Source: the human T2T-CHM13v2.0 reference genome, Homo sapiens. Taken from it: a stretch of DNA of 64,000 nt. A program made the position numbers and the translations under genes. How positions within the stretch are numbered: position 1 is the stretch's first letter; every line of letters begins with the position of its first letter. The stretch lies in assembly GCF_009914755.1 (NCBI RefSeq), contig NC_060941.1; one strand, given 5' to 3'. Below are positions 60,183 to 64,000 of the stretch, one piece after another. Under the pieces are notes generated by a model. The model was not told where the DNA came from, ran no database searches, and saw nothing but the letters and a program-made list of their open reading frames with translations.

Positions 60183-61218
60183 AAAACTCAACTGGTTTCC
60201 AACATGCCCACAAGAACTGACAATAAGATATAGCGGAATAAAATCAATTCACGAAAGCCATAAGGTATGTGAATGCCTAGAAACAAGGTTAATATATATT
60301 AACATATTTATTAATGAAACTCACTAATATATATTCATCTTTATAATGAAAACAAAAACTTTAGTAAAGTATAAACAAAGAACTAAATAGAGTTATTCAT
60401 ACTATATACCTGCTTGGGAAGATATTAATTTTCCCCCAATTAATTTATAAGTTTAACCTAACTCTTTCAAAATAAAAACTGAATGTTTGTTTTTAAAATG
60501 GAAGGGCCTTCTTGTATAATAGCTTACAGCAGATAAATTCTTGCTGAGAACTACTGGAAAATCTGGGTGAAATACCAAAAACAAAACAAAATCTACTTAA
60601 AAGCATTGAGAGATACCAAAGCCATCAGGACCTGAGGGACTAGCAGGTTAGAGAAAAGGAAACCCACTGAAGTTAGCCCAACACTCTTTCCTGAACTTCC
60701 CCTTAAGGAATTTGCCAATTAATAAACAGACCAAGAGGTTGAAAAGTCCTGAAAGAAAATGCTAAGGGCAGAAAAACTAAGCAGAGTTTTCAGCACCCAA
60801 AAGCGTTAGGGAGACAAAATTGGACTTGTGGTCTGCTAAGGCATGAAGTGCATGAAGGGTACATGATTCTGGAAAGAGAAGAAAGGCAAAGGAGCAAGCC
60901 AGCCACCCTGGACAGCTATTTCCCTCCATGCATTTGCCATTCGGTGAACAACACACTCCCTGAAGTCTGAAAGCAGAGCAGAAAGCAGCTGCTAAGGGGG
61001 CAGTTTCTAATCAAAACTCCATTGCTGTAAATTCCTAAGACTGAAATATTTCTCAGAAGTGCCCAAGGATGGAAAATAAATGTCATCAAAACAATCCCCT
61101 GGGAAAACCCAAGATTGTGTTAGTGAAGAAATATGTTAACTGTTCATCTCCAATATCCTGTTTTGCTTCATCTTGCTCAGAAGGAATAAGAATCTCATCC
61201 CTTCAAAAATAAAAATAA

Positions 61219-61565
<347 letters not shown>

Positions 61566-61742
61566 AAGGTGTATTACTTTTTAAACTGAAAGAACAGACT
61601 TAATTAGAGAATTAGCAACAGCTGGAGCAAACAGCTGTTTCTTTTCTTTTTTAACATCTTTATTGAGATACAGTTCTCATACCATAAAATAGACCCAGTT
61701 ACAGTGTACAATTCATTGGCTTTTAGTATATTCACATTTCTG

Positions 61743-64000
61743 TTTTTAAATTATACTTTAAGTTCTGGGATACATATGCAGAACGTGCAGGTTTGTTACA
61801 TAGGTATATACGTGCCATGGTGGTGTGCTGCACCCATCAACCTGTCATCTACATTAGGTGTTTCTCCGAATGTGATCCCTCCCCTAGCCTCCTACCCCGC
61901 AAAGGGCCCTGGTATGTGATGTTCCCCTCCCTGTGTCCATGTGTTCTCATTGTTCAAGTCCCACTTATTAGTGAGAACATGTGGTGAGAACATGAGAACT
62001 AAACACCACATGTTCTTGTGTTAGTTTGCTGAGAATGATGCTTTCCAGCTTCATCCACGTCCCTGCAAAGGACATGAACTTGTCCTTTTTTATGGCTGCA
62101 TAGTATTCCATGGTATATATGTGCCACATTTTCTTTATGCAGTCTATCATTGATAGGCATTTGGGTTGGTTCCAAGTCTTTGCTATTGTGAACAGTGCCA
62201 CAATAAACATATCTTTATAGTAGAATGATTTATAATCCTTTGGGTATATACCCAGTAATGGGATTGCTGGGCCAAATGGTATTTCTGGTTCTAGACCCTT
62301 GAGGAATCGCCACACTGTCTTCCACAATGGTTGAACTAATTTACACTCCCACCAACAGTGTAAAAGCGTTCCTATTTCTCCACATCCTCTCCAGCATCTG
62401 TTGTTTCCTGACTTTTTAATGATCACCATTCTAACTGGCGTGAGATGGTATCTCATTGTGGTTTTGATTTGGATTTCTCTAATGACCAGTGATGATGAGC
62501 TTTTTTTCATGTTTGTTGGCTGCATGAATGTCTTCTTTTGAGAAGTGTCTGTTCATATCCTTTGCCCACTTTTTGATGGGGTTGTTTGTTTTCTTCTTGT
62601 AAATTTGTTTAAGTTCTTTGTAGATTCTGGATATTAGCCCTTTGTCAGATGGATAGACTGCAAAAATTTTCTCCCATTCTCTAGGTTGCCTGTTCACTCT
62701 GATGATAGTTTCTTTCACTGTGCAGAAGCTCTTTATTTTAATTAGACCCCGTTTGTCAATTTTGGCTTTTGTTGACATTGCTTTTGGTGTTTTAGTCACG
62801 AAGCCTTTGCCCATGCCTATGTCCTGAATGGTATTGTCTAGGTTTTCCTCTAGGGTTTTTATGGTTTTAGGTCTTATGTTTAAGTCTTTAATCCATCTTG
62901 AGTTAATTTTTATATAAGGTGTAAGGAAGGGGTTCAGTTTCAGTGTTTTGCATATGGCTAGCCAATTTTCCCAACACCATTTATTAAATAGGGAATCCTT
63001 TCCCCATTGCTTGTTTTTGTCAGGTTTGTCAAAGATCTGATGGTTGTAGATGAATGGCATTATTTCTGAGGCCTCTGTTCTGTTCCATTGGTCTATATAT
63101 CTGTTTTGGTACCACTACCATGCTGTTTGTTATTGTAGCCTTGTAGTATAGTTTGAAGTTAGGTAGCGTGATGCCTCCAGCTTTGTTCTTTTTGCTTAGG
63201 ATTGTCTTGGCTATGTGGGCTCTTTTTTGGTTCCATATGAAATTTAAAATAGTTTTTTCTAATTCTGTGAAGCAAGTCAATGGTAGCTTGATGGGGATAG
63301 CACTGAATCTACAAATTACTTTGGGCAGTATGGCCATTTTCACAATATTGATTCCTCCTATCCATCAGGCTTCTCTGCTGCAGGTCTGCTGGAGTTCACT
63401 GGAGGTCCACTCCAGACCCTGTTTGCCTGGGTCTCACCAGCGGAGGCTGCGTAACAGCAAAGATTGATGCCTATTCCTTCCTCTGGAAGCTTCGTCCCAG
63501 AGGGGCACCCACCAGATGCCAGCCAGAGCTCTCCTGTATGAGGTGTCCGTTGACCCCTGCTGGGAGGTGTCTCCCAGACAGGAGGCACGGGAATCAGGAA
63601 CCCACTTGAGGAGGCAGTCTGTCCATTAGCAGAGCTCGAGTGCTGTGCTGAAAGATCTACTGCTCTCTTCAGAGGTGGCAGGCAGGAATGTTTAAATCTG
63701 AATCTGCTGAAGCTGTGTCCACAGCCACCCTTTCCCCCAGGTGCTCTGTTCCAGGGAGACAGGAGCCCTGACTGGGGCTGCTGCCTTTCTTTCAGAGATG
63801 CCCAGCCCAGAGAGGAGGAATCTAGAGAGACAGTCTGACTATAGCGGCTTTGCTGAGCTGCAGTGGGCTCTGCCCAGTTCGAACTTCCCAGCAGCTTTCT
63901 TTAGACTGTAAGAGGAAGACTGCCTACTCAAGCCTCAGTAATGGCTGATGCCCCTCCCCTAACCAAGCTCAAGCATCCCAGGTCAACTTCAGACTGCTGT
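61743..64000 (-). mobile_element. L1PA7-like element with large internal deletion
   Basis: 3'UTR and ORF2 C-terminal part at 61743-63365 joined directly to 5'UTR sequence at 63366-64000. Confidence 0.93.

Noticed and set aside
63340-63400. Spliced L1 integrant
   Set aside because: Junction flanks inferred from the consensus are not GT-AG.

Overview
Primate (human-like) genomic DNA that is mostly transposable-element derived: about 25 Alus, several L1s including one full-length element with nested inserts, ERV1/MaLR solo LTRs, hAT DNA transposons, MIR/L2 and microsatellites. No intact protein-coding gene is supported; the ORF-track hits are Alu/L1 translations or chance ORFs. The main non-repeat signal is on the minus strand at about 49.96-57.7 kb: an ordered series of decayed exons, several bounded by canonical splice sites, whose translations (read through stops and frameshifts) match the Ig-linker, Ig3, transmembrane and TIR exons of an interleukin-1 receptor family gene (IL1R1/IL18R1/IL1RL1-like). 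This looks like an intron-containing pseudogene. Other notable items are a retroposed mRNA 3'UTR with poly(A) signal and 16-bp TSD inside a four-layer L1 nest, a solo LTR flanked by a ~75-bp duplication, templated micro-insertions/inversions, and a CpG-retaining candidate first exon near 8.7-9.1 kb. Repeat subfamily names and protein comparisons are from memory of consensus sequences, not from database searches.
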